Shown here: positions 38,359 through 51,400 of the stretch, one piece after another
Layout of the letters: each line of letters starts with the position of its first letter
Position numbering within the stretch: the stretch's first letter is position 1
NCBI GenBank assembly: GCA_951406725.2
Contig: OX597826.1
Coordinates: 33,604,001-33,668,000, forward strand
Origin: Octopus vulgaris
Lineage: Eukaryota
Direction: 5' to 3'
DNA length: 64,000 bases
Translations under genes and position numbers: made by a program
The notes under the pieces: model-generated
Databases searched by the model: none
What the model saw: the letters and a program-made list of their open reading frames with translations, nothing else
What the model was told of the DNA's origin: nothing

Positions 38359-38786
38359 ACAACATTTTGGCTGATATACCCTTCAGGCTTTATCAGGTGT
38401 CTTGGGGAAATTTCAAACCTGGGTTCTCATTCCTAAGATATTTTACGATGTTATTATTATTTTTATTATTATTATTATTTTTCAGGTCACTGCTTGTAAT
38501 CGAACTCAGAATCTTGGGGTTAGTAGCCCATGCACTTAACCACTACACAATATGCCCATGTGACCTGAATAACAACAACAACAACAATGATAATAATAAT
38601 AACATCGAAAAATACCTTAGGAATGAGAACCCAAGTTCGAAATTTCCCCAAGACACCTGATGAAGGCTGGAGGGTATATCAGCCGAAACATTGTGTTAAC
38701 AACAAACAAGATGAGGACAAATATCCATCAAATATAAATAATGTAAATAATGTAGATAATTCCTGATCTCTTAAATATAGAACTGC
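38359..38786. mobile_element. Head-to-head pair of family D elements (tRNA head, (TAA)n spacer, HHR tail)
   Basis: 38359-38490 is the reverse complement of ~38560-38695; tRNA-like head 38482-38558 on the minus strand. Confidence 0.75.
38652..38697 (+). ncRNA. Minimal type-I hammerhead motif (one CpG-type change)
   Basis: GACAC-CTGATGA-A-GGCTG-loop-CAGCC-GAAAC-ATT-GTGTT; ACAT in place of the ACGT palindrome. Confidence 0.7.
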
Positions 38787-38863
38787 AATAGAAATTAGTT
38801 GTCACAATTAGTTGATCTCATAAATGTCTAGATTTTTGGTGTACTACTAGAGTCTCTGTTGTA

Positions 38864-39270
38864 TTCTTTTACTTGTTGCAGTCATTTTGACTGTGGCCAT
38901 GCTGGAACACCGCCTTTAGTCGAACAAATCGACCCCAGGATTTATTCTTTGTAAGCCTGGTACTTATTCTATTGGTCTGTTTTGCCAAACTGCTAAGTTT
39001 CAGGGACATAAACACTCCAACATCGGTGATACTGGTGTCACACAAATGGCACCCATACCAGTGGCACATAAAAGCACCCATTACATTCTCAGAGTGGTTG
39101 GCATTAGGAAGGGCATCCAGCTGTAGAATACCATGCTAAATCAGGTTAGAGTCTGGTGCAGCCTTCCAGCTTACCAGCCTTGGTCAAGCCGTCCAACCCA
39201 TGCCAGCATGGACAATGGATATTAAATGGTGGTGGTGGTGGTGGGGGTGATGATGATGATGATGATGTTG
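38864..39270. mobile_element. SINE B 3' half (-) joined to RTE 3' UTR (+)
   Basis: Family motifs; junction near 39028. Confidence 0.75.
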
Positions 39271-40187
39271 ATATTTATAAAAAATTCAAATAATACAAGA
39301 AAACAGAAAATAGATGCTGAAATGAAGATCCCAATTTAAATAATTTTGATGAAGATTCTAATAAAAGAATCATCAATGTTTCTTAAAACAATTCTTTCAC
39401 TATTTGCTTGTGGTTAAAGAAATTATATATTTACCATTTTCTTCACAGTGTAAGAACCAATATCCATGATAATATTTGGAATGACTACAAAGAACACGTG
39501 TAAACCTATTTCCATACATATTTGTCTGTTGAATATCGGTCACATATCTATTGATTAATAACAGTCGCATTTAAAGACAACGCTTTATAGAATATTTAGC
39601 AGATTGTTGAAGCAAAGTGATCACCTTGAATATTTCTCTTCATTTCTATTCCACTTTCTTCCTTTCTCTCCCTTCTCACCATATCTGTCTTTCTTTATTT
39701 TTCTTGGAGAAAATTGCTGATGATGAAGAAATGGGTGACTGAATGAGACAAAAAATGTTGTGACACATTTACATATTTTGGAATGGTGTTGTTCTAACTG
39801 TTAATTAGCCAGGTAATGTATGTGCCAGCATGGACTTCATACATACATGTACTTTTACATACATAAACACACATACATACATATATATACACACACTAAT
39901 ACAGATATATATCTAAACATACATATACATATACAATATATGCATACACATGTACACTTATACAAAGGCGTAATTCTACATCTATTTGAATGTATGTATG
40001 TATATGTGTGTGTATACATGTGCTTATACATATGCATCTGAGTGTGTCACATTCAGTTCAATCATATGAATACTGGGCAAGCATTTTCTACTTTAGCCAT
40101 GGGCTCACTAAATCTTCGTGAAAGGATTTGCTAGATAGAAACAGAAAGAAGCTCATCATATATATACATATGCATACATATATATAG

Positions 40188-40313
<126 letters not shown>

Positions 40314-40470
40314 TTAAATATATTTATATATCTATATATATAATATATACACACATATATATGTGTGGAGCCTGGCACAACCTTCTGGCTTGCCAGTCCT
40401 TAGTCATACCATCCAATCCTTGCCAACATAGAAAGCGGACGTCAAATAATGATGACAAAAGATGATGATG

Positions 40471-40509
<39 letters not shown>

Positions 40510-40519
40510 TATCTATATA

Positions 40520-40662
<143 letters not shown>

Positions 40663-40665
40663 GTT

Positions 40666-40722
<57 letters not shown>

Positions 40723-41061
40723 CATCATCTGTGTCTATATATATATATATAGACACAGATAGACAGATAGATATGAATATATATATTGTATATTTGTGTG
40801 CACCATTGTCTTAATTTTATGATGTTCGTAAACGACTCATCATTATCCTATAAGTAATGCTTCATTTCTCATTTTCTGCCTTTTGAGAGAAGCATGACTG
40901 TCCCTGAGGAAATATTAGCTTGTTTGGAAACAGGTGAGTTTTAGCAACAAGAAGGGCATCCTGCAAACAACAAATTTGCCTCATAAAATTCTGACCCATG
41001 CAATCATGGAAAAGTGGATGGTTAAATGATGATGATGATGATAATGATCTGCATATCTATT

Positions 41062-41134
<73 letters not shown>

Positions 41135-41155
41135 GTCTATCTGTCTGTCTATCTA

Positions 41156-41190
<35 letters not shown>

Positions 41191-41262
41191 CTATCTATCA
41201 ATCTTATCTATCTATATATATATTGATAAAGAGAGAGAGTGAAAGAGAGAGAGAGAGTGAGT

Positions 41263-41318
<56 letters not shown>

Positions 41319-42395
41319 CAGGACTAGTGTGATGAAGAAATTATCATTTAAGTTTAAATTTTCCTTCATCCTGTGTCTCATTAAAACCAAATATATTTCG
41401 AAAGGCTTGTAAATTTTCTTCTCTCTGCTCTCTTAAACATATAACTATGCTAACAAGAAGGGATTTTTAAGCAATCCTCAGTCAATCTGGTGTAGTCATT
41501 CAGTATGCTTTTATCTGATGTGACCTTAATGCAATAAAACAGATTTTTTGAAATATGTTTTCCATTAACGAGGCAACCACTTGTGACAATGGAATTACAA
41601 TTAAGAGGAGAAACCTTATTATTGTTGGAAAAATTTTTGGAATTAAAATGCTTTTTGAGATTGCAAAGTTTTTACAGATCTAGCATCCCTTAATAATATT
41701 TCTATGAAACTATTAAGCTGTCGATGATTCATCAGAAAATAAAAAGTGATTATACGTATGAGGTATTTGGTAGTATGTGTTATTACATTTAAACTAACAG
41801 GTGTATTATATCGTGAATTATTTCTTGGTCTATATTTACACCTAAGGGTAGTAGAGCATTCTGTCATTCCTGTATGGCCACTATTATGATGGGCCTCATT
41901 TTAATTATGGAAAGCACCAAAGTTGTCTCACTGCAAGACAATGAATAAATTTTGATTAAGAGTAGGTTGGAATTCAAATTCTTATTTATCTAAAAAAATA
42001 TTCTGTTTGTTTTGGGGGAGGGCATAAATGCATTTGTATCAAAGTTAATATCCAGGATTTATCATCTTCAGCATAGCTCTATCTGTATTTCATAAGTTTA
42101 TTTTTACTAAGTATATTTTTGCGAATTTTTAAAAATCCATTTACTTCATACAAGCTCTTATTGTGTGAGTCCATAATCTCTGTATATGTTATCTTACTGG
42201 TTAAAAAATTGCTTATCATCTATGAAAAATGTCCAAAATATAGCTGCAAATATGGAACAATATAGGTTTCTGCACCTCTATTTTGAACGATTTAAAATAC
42301 TCTTATATAAATCAAAATATTACCCTTACACTGTACACACATAGACACAGATACACACACAGACACATGCACACTAACCTACATATATGCATATA

Positions 42396-42437
<42 letters not shown>

Positions 42438-42600
42438 CAAAAATTAGTAGGGTGTTAGAACACCACTTGCTATAAACAGAGATATCACTCTAAAACCAGA
42501 AATATTTCTCACTATTAAAATACACACAGTGAATGCAGCAAACATAACAAAAATAGGCTTACCTCATATGAACTACAGAAGTAAGGAATACAGATATTCC

Positions 42601-42656
42601 AGGATCAACTGATTTCACTTTTAGTATGATTACATACTTAAAGCTCTTCAGCCAGA
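42601..42656 (-). ncRNA. Decayed hammerhead motif in a TA-adjacent insert
   Basis: CTGAAGA-GCTTTAAGTATG-TAAT-CATACTAAAAGT-GAAATCAGTT; stem I not paired. Confidence 0.45.
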
Positions 42657-42760
42657 CTTACTACAAATCATCTGTTTTTGAGATATTCATCACATTACAC
42701 CATCTGCATTCTTTCATTTGAATGCTCCTGCAACATTCAAAAACAAATAAAATGTTAGCC

Positions 42761-43575
42761 ATCATCATCATCATCATCGTTTAACGTCCGTTTTTCATGC
42801 TAGCATGGGTTGGACAGTTTAACAGGGGTCTGGGAAGCCAGGAGGCTGCACCAGGCTCCAGTCTGATCTGGCAGTGTTACTACAGCTAGATGCCCTTCCT
42901 AACACCAACTGCTCCGTGAGTGTAGTGGGTGCTTTTTACATGTCACCGGCACAGGGGCCAGGGGAGGCTGGCAACAGCCACGATTGGTTGGTGCCTTTTA
43001 CATGCCACCAGCATGGAAGACAGTCAAGATGGCACTGGCATCGGCTACATTTAGATAGTGCTTTTTACATGCCACCGGCACGGGTATCACAACTACAATT
43101 TCTATTTGATTTATATTTTGATGTTGTTGATATTCTTGACTTAATAGGTCTCCTCAAGCACAGTAGGTCGCCCTACCATCCAAGGTAAGCACAGCAGGTC
43201 GTCCTACGATCCAAAGTACTTTGAATGGGCTGGGGCTGGTTACGTGAAGCTGGTGTAGGATACACTGTGGACTCACTTTATTTGTCAGGTCTTCACAGTC
43301 ATAGCATATCCCCAGAGGACTTGGTCTTTTGTCATTGCCTCTGTGAAGCCCAACGTTCAAAGGACATGCTTGACCCCCTCATCCCAGGTCTTCCTGGGTC
43401 TACCTCTACCTCAGATTCCTTCAACTGTTTGGGAGTGGCACTTCTTCACACATCTCTCCTCATCCATCTGCAGTACACAACCATACCAGCACAAACGTCT
43501 CTCTTGCACGCCACATCCAATGCTTCTTGTGCCCAAAATTTCTCTCAGGGCATTTACACTCTATCATATGCACAC
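42761..43575 (-). mobile_element. 5'-truncated RTE LINE (ORF C-terminus, 3' UTR and tail)
   Basis: LREILGTRSIGCGVQERRLCWYGCVLQMDEERCVKKC..GRGRPRKTWDE with stops, contiguous with the shared UTR. Confidence 0.9.
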
Positions 43576-44777
43576 TTATATAATCTTATGTCCAGTATAG
43601 TTTGATGTAATTTTATGATTTCTGTCCTATTGCTTCTTTGAAATAATCGTTATTTTGGTAAATAACAAGTTTCTTCAGTTACTTTCATGTAGTAAGCTCC
43701 ATTTAGGATACACAATCTGTTTTACCCTGTGTTTATTATATATCAAATTTCTTGCTCCATTTGGAAATCATCTGACAATCAGCAGCAAGACACCTTGAAC
43801 GCATCAATTTGTAAAATGTCTGCTTTAAATATTACATATACTCTACTTTTAGTATTGAGCACTCTTTATTGCACCTCTTGTTTAGATATAATGATTAATC
43901 TGTCATTTTTCCTCAATCCCTCTCTCTGTATGTGTATATGTGTGTATATACCTCTTTGTAAATATATGTATATGATTCTATAAAACGTGTGTGTGTGTGT
44001 GTGTGTGTATGTGTGTGTGTAGTGCTTAGCATGCATTGTATGTGTTTGGCTGTACACACAATTATACATCTGAAAATATGAGTCCCTAGACATCACATTC
44101 TACATACATGTTTAAATAAGCTTAAATTCATTTAAACATTCAAAGATCAACCAAATCCCAAACCACTCACTTTCACACACACACACTCACACTCACACAC
44201 ACACACTCTCTCACACACACATGCGCAAACTTATACACTTATGTGTGCGTGTTTTTTGTACGTGTGAATACATATATAGTATGCGTGTTCCTATTTACAA
44301 TTGCACACATACATCCATTTACACAGACACTCTGGTACAATTATATGCTTACCTATAGACACAAATATCTATGCATATACACACCTAATTTCATTTACCA
44401 TATCATAATATTTAATAGCTAAAATAGTCCATAATTCAAGATAATATTCTTGGAAATATCTTATTCCTGTAATTCTTTGATAATTCTAATTAAATTTCAA
44501 AGATAGAATATAAATATGAACGATATAATAGTTAAAGGAAACTACGTCACAGACAATAGACTTTAATTTGCATTCCTTAGCTATCTAAGAGTTATAAATG
44601 GTATTTTTTCAAACTTGAAATAAGGTTACAGGCTGAGGTGTATAACAAAGAAGCTCACTATACAAGTGTGCAGTCTCGGGTTCAAATCTATTGCATAGTA
44701 ACTTGGATAATATTACAACTTCAGGTTGATAAATCATGCATTTTTTTCAGGAATTTAGTAAATTGAAATTGTAGAAA

Positions 44778-44812
<35 letters not shown>

Positions 44813-44813
<1 letters not shown>

Positions 44814-45052
44814 CATCATCATCATCATCATCGTTTAACGTCCGTTCTCCATGCTAGCATGGGTTGGACGGTTCGACCGGGGATCTGGGAAGCCAGAAGG
44901 CTGCACCAGGCTCCAGTCTTATCTGGTAATGTTTCTACAGCTGGATGCCCTTCCTAACGCCAACCACTCCGTGAGTGTAGTGGGTGCTTTTTACGTGCCA
45001 CCCGCACAGGTGCCAGGCGAGGCTGGCAACGGCCACGGTCGGATTGGTGCAT
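44813..45052 (-). mobile_element. RTE LINE 3' UTR, young copy
   Basis: Nearly identical to 18891-19140. Confidence 0.85.
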
Positions 45053-45401
45053 TTATATATATATAGGGAGAGTTTACAAAAAAAACAAAAGACGAAGACA
45101 GGTGGTGTACAAAACAATCAGATGTATTAGTATAATGCTCAGGAATAGAAAAATCTTTTACATTTCGAGCCTATGCTCTTCTACAGAAAGGGAGACAGAA
45201 AAAACAAGGAGAGAAAAAATGTGTGTAGTGGCTAACGATCTATATATATATATATGTATGTATGTAGGTGTAGCTGTGTAAATTTGTATTCTAATGTGTT
45301 TTCTACTGTAGCCTCCGGCCAACCAATACCTTGTCAGTTAATTTAGTAGATGGAACTAAAGAAGCCTGTTGTGCATATATGTGTGTGTGTGTATGTATGT
45401 C

Positions 45402-45458
<57 letters not shown>

Positions 45459-45900
45459 TAGCCTTACGTGATGCACAAAGACTCGAGTTTCTGTGTGGTT
45501 TTCTCACACAGAGAATCATCAAAAGAGAACAATCTACCTGCATCGTTTATTAGCTCTCAGAACAATAAATCTTTCAAAAATTCCATGCTTCCTGAAATTC
45601 ACCCATTCTACTGCTTACACACCTATGCTCCATTTCCTCTTTTTGATTCTTTTCCTGTACACTTTTTCTATCTTTTTATATTTTATTCTGTGTACTTAGA
45701 TCTGTACTTTTAATCTTTTGACATACATCTGCTGTCTGTTCTCTCTTTTTACATTATCTAGCTAGTGATGAAAGCTCATTCCACTCTCAAATTATGACAT
45801 ACTTTTCTAGCGACGTTACTGATGTTGTGAAAGACAGAGATATGTTATATTAAAATCTCTGAATGAGATATAAACAGTAGCGGTACGGAATCATAACAAA
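45459..45900 (+). mobile_element. Penelope-like element 3' remnant, family H (copy ~48095-48380)
   Basis: Both copies translate SHRESSKxNNLxxxFISSxNNxSFKNSMLPEIHxFY, resembling a GIY-YIG ORF C-terminus; (C/G)TGATGA downstream. Confidence 0.5.
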
Positions 45901-45906
45901 TATTTG

Positions 45907-46189
45907 CAGCTATGTATGGCATCCCATACAGTACAGTGCTACCGTTGTTTATAGCCCCAGGAAGACATCTCCTGCAGCTGGCTAATGACACACTATCTGT
46001 GTCCAATTAGTATTTGTGAGGGGAGGTCATCGCTCCCTTCTTTCGGCTTAAAGGATACACATGGACTCAACTCCCCTCACAAATACTTATTGGACACAGA
46101 CTGTGTGTCATTAACCAGCTGGAGGAGATGTCTTCCTGGGGCTATAAACAACTGCAGCACTGTCCTGTATAGGACGCCACACTTAGTTG
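45907..46189. repeat. Fold-back hairpin, arms ~115 bp, 45-bp spacer
   Basis: 45914-46025 is the reverse complement of 46071-46182 with scattered mismatches. Confidence 0.9.
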
Positions 46190-46234
46190 GCATATATATA
46201 TATATCTGTAAAATAATGTGACAATTATTCAATA

Positions 46235-46304
46235 GCCAAGATAAAACTCTGAGTTTCGGATGCCGAGGTGGAAATCCACAACAGCATCTCTTCGGTTATC
46301 TGGC
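46235..46304 (-). ncRNA. Type-I hammerhead motif, family F, best copy
   Basis: Stem I GCCAGATAA/TTATC(T)TGGC; core CCGAAGA; stem II GATGCTG/CGGCATC with inner GTGG/CCAC; GAAACTCAGAGTT. Confidence 0.7.
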
Positions 46305-46450
46305 CATCTGAAAAACGTTTTTTAGATGAATATTGAATAATTGTCACATATTATTTTACAGATAAATTTTCTCTATTTACATAATATTGAGGTATCTTTC
46401 TTTCTTTTGTTATCTTACCGTTTTTACCAATATATATATATATATATACA

Positions 46451-46668
46451 TATGAGGGGATGCTGAAAAGTTCCTGGCTTTAAGGGTTTTGTGAAAGGCC
46501 TGGTTGGAGGCCTAACCTTCTAAGTTCTTTTCAAGGGCTTAAACTGAAGGACTGCTGCAATGAGTGTATGAAACTGAGAAGAGAAATATGCTGAATAAAA
46601 TCATAATTAACTCATTTTCTTGTATATTCATTTATTCAAAGAAAGTAATTTTTCAGTCCCCCCTCGTA
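46451..46668 (+). mobile_element. Mariner-derived MITE (second copy ~54732-54935)
   Basis: TIRs TATGAGGGGATGCTGAAAA / TTTTCAGTCCCCCCTCGTA with TA ends; internal remnant resembles the mariner C-terminus (54732 copy: CNKFVNLRGKYVE*). Confidence 0.75.
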
Positions 46669-47507
46669 TATACATGTATTTATCTATGTGTGTGTCTTTG
46701 TGTCTGCGTTTGTTCTCCACCAATGCTTTACAACCAGTGTTGGTATGTTTATGTCCCCATAATTTAGCAGTTCAGCAAGAGAGACTGATAGAATAAATAA
46801 CAGGCTTTTAAATGGAAACATACTTGGGTCGATCCAATTGACTAAAAACTCTTCAAGGTGTTGCTCCAGCTTGGTTGCATTCTAATGACAGAAGCAAGAA
46901 AAAGATATAAAATCACTATGCAGTTTTACCGACTAATATAGATTGATTAATCTTGGATTGAGGAAAATTTTTATTTAGTCTTAATTTTTGGGGTTAATAT
47001 TTTAGAATCTGGCTGCTAGGGTGTTAAAACTGTCTTACAAAAACAAGCGCTAAAAGCCAGTATTATCTTGGGAGACTCCACACATAACACTTTTGGGTGA
47101 TTGGGAGATGCTGTTTGACAAACACTGGTATTAGAATATACATATATGTGTGTGTGTATATGTGTGTGTGTGTGTGCACATGTGTGTATGTGTGTGTTTG
47201 TGCATTTGCGTGTGTGTTTGTGTGTGTGTATGTGTATGCGTGTTTATGTTTGAGCGCCACTGTTTGCATGTGTGTAAACATACATGCACGTACACACACA
47301 AAACACACACACATACACACACACACACACAAAATACATACATATATCGTCTGTAGTTTATATATCTGCAAAAGAATCATACTTTCAGACATTAGGGCAG
47401 TAATATATTTCTTTTTCGAGTAAGTTGACTGTTATGGTTGGTCAGAGAGTGGCTATTGGTTTCACACCTATAAAACACTTGATATATAATAATGAATAAT
47501 ATATAAT

Positions 47508-47558
<51 letters not shown>

Positions 47559-47719
47559 TGCATTTATATACATGTATATATGGGCACAAGACATCACTAA
47601 TGGTACAAATAACATGAAATACGTACTATATATAATATATTATTTATTATTTATTATTTCATAGAATGTGAGGCATCAATTTCCAAGTACGTTTATATAG
47701 ATATATATGTATGCATTGA

Positions 47720-48085
47720 CTTACAACCTGTGTTGCCTTACTTGACTTGCGTCGACTTACTGGCACTTGTGCTGGTAGCACATGAAAAAACATTTGAGAG
47801 AGGTTGTTGTCAGTGCCACTGGACTGGCTCCTGTACAGATGACACATAAAAAGGATCATTTGAGCGTGGCCATTGCCAGTACCGCCTGACTGGCCCTCAT
47901 GCCGGTGGCACGTAAAAGCACCCATTACACTCTTGGAGTGGTTGGCATTAGGAAGGGCATCCAGCTGTAGAAACTCTGCCTGATCAGATTGGAGCCTGGT
48001 GCAGTCATCTGGTTCTCCATACCTCAGTCAAAGCGTCCAACCCATGCTAGCATGGAAAGCAGACGTTAAGTTATGATGATGAGGA
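47720..48085 (+). mobile_element. RTE LINE 3' UTR
   Basis: Repeated GGCACGTAAAAGCACC units and tail. Confidence 0.8.
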
Positions 48086-48781
48086 TGTGTATATATGCAA
48101 TTTTGTCACACAGAGAATCATCAAAAGCGAATAATCTACTCACAGCTTTTATTAGTAGTGAGAACAATGTATCTTTCAAAAATTCCATGCTTCCTGAAAT
48201 TCACCAGTTCTACAGCTTATACACCTATGCTCCCTTTCTTCATTTTGGCTCTTTTCCTGTGCACTTTTTCTATCTTTTTATATTTTATTCTATGTACTTA
48301 GATCTCTGCTTTTAGCTATCATTGCTAAATCTTTTAACATATATCTACCGTCTGTCCTCTCTTTTTACATCCTCTGATGACTTGCAGTAAACTTGAGCAC
48401 TATATATTATAAGCACATTGTTGGCAGAATCATTAGCACACTGTGTAAAATGCATAGTGGCACTTCATGCATCTTCATGCTCTGAGTTCAAATTCTGCTG
48501 TGGACAACTTTTTCTTTTATCCTTTCGGACTTGATTAAATAAGTACCAGTTATGCACTGGAGTTGATGTAATCAACATACCCCCTCCCTCAACTTTGTGC
48601 CAAAATTTAAAATCATTTTTGTTGTTGCTGTTGTTGTTATATACGAATAACAGTAGCCAAGAGACTGAGAGAACCGAAGTTATTGACTAGAGGGCAGTTG
48701 GTCAGTAGGTCAATGCCTATTTTTACCATATGTATATAGACATAAATCTATCCATCCATCTGTCTATGCATCAATCAATCA

Positions 48782-48881
<100 letters not shown>

Positions 48882-48902
48882 GTCTGTCTGTCTATATCTA
48901 TA

Positions 48903-48980
<78 letters not shown>

Positions 48981-49433
48981 TATCATCATATATATATATA
49001 TATATATACACATGTGTGTGTGTGTGCATAGCTTTTAAAATTGGTTTGTATGTGTGCGTTTATATACTATGGAACATTACTTAACTGCAAAGAAAATGCA
49101 TTGTGGAATAATGTTCGGTAAATAATGAAAATGTGAAACACTTCTTTGATGGCCAAATATAGTTGAGTGTGTATCAATATGTATCGATCAAATGACTGCA
49201 TAGGTGGTAAGATGTATGTGTATAAAAACCATATGAATAACCTATTTGCACACACACACAAGTGTGTGCATGTGTGATTGCATGTATATGTCAATATATA
49301 AATAAATATTTATTTATACACACACACACATACACATATATGTTTATATGTATATACATATATACATATATATATACATGTATATGTATATATATATATA
49401 CATATATATATACATATATATATATATATACAT

Positions 49434-49499
<66 letters not shown>

Positions 49500-50300
49500 A
49501 CATATATATATACATACACACACACACACATATATATATATATACATATGGACATATAAACGTATTTATAGTTTGCTTTTTTTGAGTTGTTGTTTAGTTT
49601 GCTTGAGGCATGGTAGCAAAGGCCATACTGGAGCAAAGCCTTTTATAAACTCAAATACCCAGATGCATTAATTCATGAGCAATATGCATTGCTGGATCTA
49701 TAAAATATTCACATATGATAATCTAAATGTTTTATGCATAAACCACAATATACACAACACCAAACATGGATATACATACGTACATATATGTATGCATGCA
49801 TGCACAATTATATATATTTACATATACACACACATATGTACATTTATATATGCATACATGTATACATAGATATATAGCTATATATATATATATATATATG
49901 TGTGTGCGTGTGTGTGTGTGTGTGTGTATGTATGCATACACATACTATAATGATTTTTATACACACATACAATCATGCTGAATATTAGCCAGTAAAGGCT
50001 TTATTGATTGGGGACGAATATAAATTTATGAATATGTATGTATAAGACTTATATATAGCTGCACTATGTTTAGCATTGGCCATTACCTAAAATGTCACAT
50101 TAATTATAAGCCAGCCACACATATTACGCTGTGTAGAGGGAAGAGAAAGCAAACACACTGCATTCCGGTTATATGCCAGTCTTCATGCCAGATAGAGTTA
50201 ATCAAATATCGGACAATTTAAAAGTCATATACATGTGTGTGTGTGTGTGTGTGTGTGGTGTCTGTAGGCATATATGTGTGTGTGTATTTGTATTTAAAGG

Positions 50301-50337
<37 letters not shown>

Positions 50338-50338
<1 letters not shown>

Positions 50339-50493
50339 GGCACAGGCATGGCTGTGTGGTAAGAAGCTTGCTTTCCAACCACATGGTCCCGAGTTCAGTC
50401 TCACTGTATGGCACCTCATTCTTCTACTATAGTCTCAGGCTGATCAAAGCCTTGTGAGGGGGTTTGGTAGATGGAAGCTGAAAGAAGCCCGTC

Positions 50494-50537
<44 letters not shown>

Positions 50538-50732
50538 ATGTATATGTGTCTGCGTTTGTCCCCACACCATTGCTTGGCAACTGATGTTGGTATGTTTATG
50601 ACCCCATAAATACAAGGCTTTCGATGGCCCAAAGCTATAATAGAAGACGCCTGTGCAAGGTGCCATGCAGTGGGACTGAGCTCAGAACCATGTTGTTGGG
50701 ACACAAAAATCTTACCATACAGCCACTCCTGC
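50338..50732. mobile_element. SINE family B (+) followed by an inverted B head (-)
   Basis: 50615-50732 is the reverse complement of the head region 50340-50455. Confidence 0.75.
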
Positions 50733-51167
50733 ATTTATGAATATATCATCATATATATATATATGAAAGCATAAGAATGTTGTTGCCGGTGTGCAAAGCA
50801 GCTGAGATAAGTTTTATCAAAATCAGTTCACAGAAAACCAAGAAATCCTAAATTTCACTCCTATATACATGTATATATATGTTAGTGAAGTAGTGAGCTG
50901 TAGTGAGTATTCAAGCCACCTGGTCTCTGGTTTGAGGATATCTTTCTCCCTCACTACCCCTAGTCTCACTAGTCTTGGAGGCCCCTGCAAATGGTGGTTG
51001 GCATTGTATGCTATCCTAACTAAAATATTAAATACAAAATAGCATTAATGTACATAGGGGAGCTGTGGTGACATACAGTGAGCCTTGGGTATTTTAAGCT
51101 TTGAGGAACCAATTGTTTTTTGGGTTCAAACATAGCCAGTTTCTTTTAGAGAGGAAGTGTGTGTGAG

Positions 51168-51224
<57 letters not shown>

Positions 51225-51289
51225 AAATGAAGAATGAAACCTGGTATTTGGCTGATGCTCTTGGAGGGAGGAAAGACATTAAATCCAAA

Positions 51290-51400
51290 TATTAAATTTG
51301 TTACTCAATCCTTTCTCCCCAGTGCAGTAATCCCCTGGAATTCACTTCCTATTGATGTCTTCATAACAAGCCTTCAGTATATAGAAGGAGATAAATACTA
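51290..51400 (+). mobile_element. CR1/L2-like LINE ORF2 C-terminal fragment
   Basis: QSFLPSAVIPWNSLP matches the SF.P.....WN.LP motif. Confidence 0.5.

Noticed and set aside
38482-38558. tRNA gene
   Set aside because: No acceptor stem pairing or terminator; it is the head of a repeat. The same applies to the A, B and G heads.
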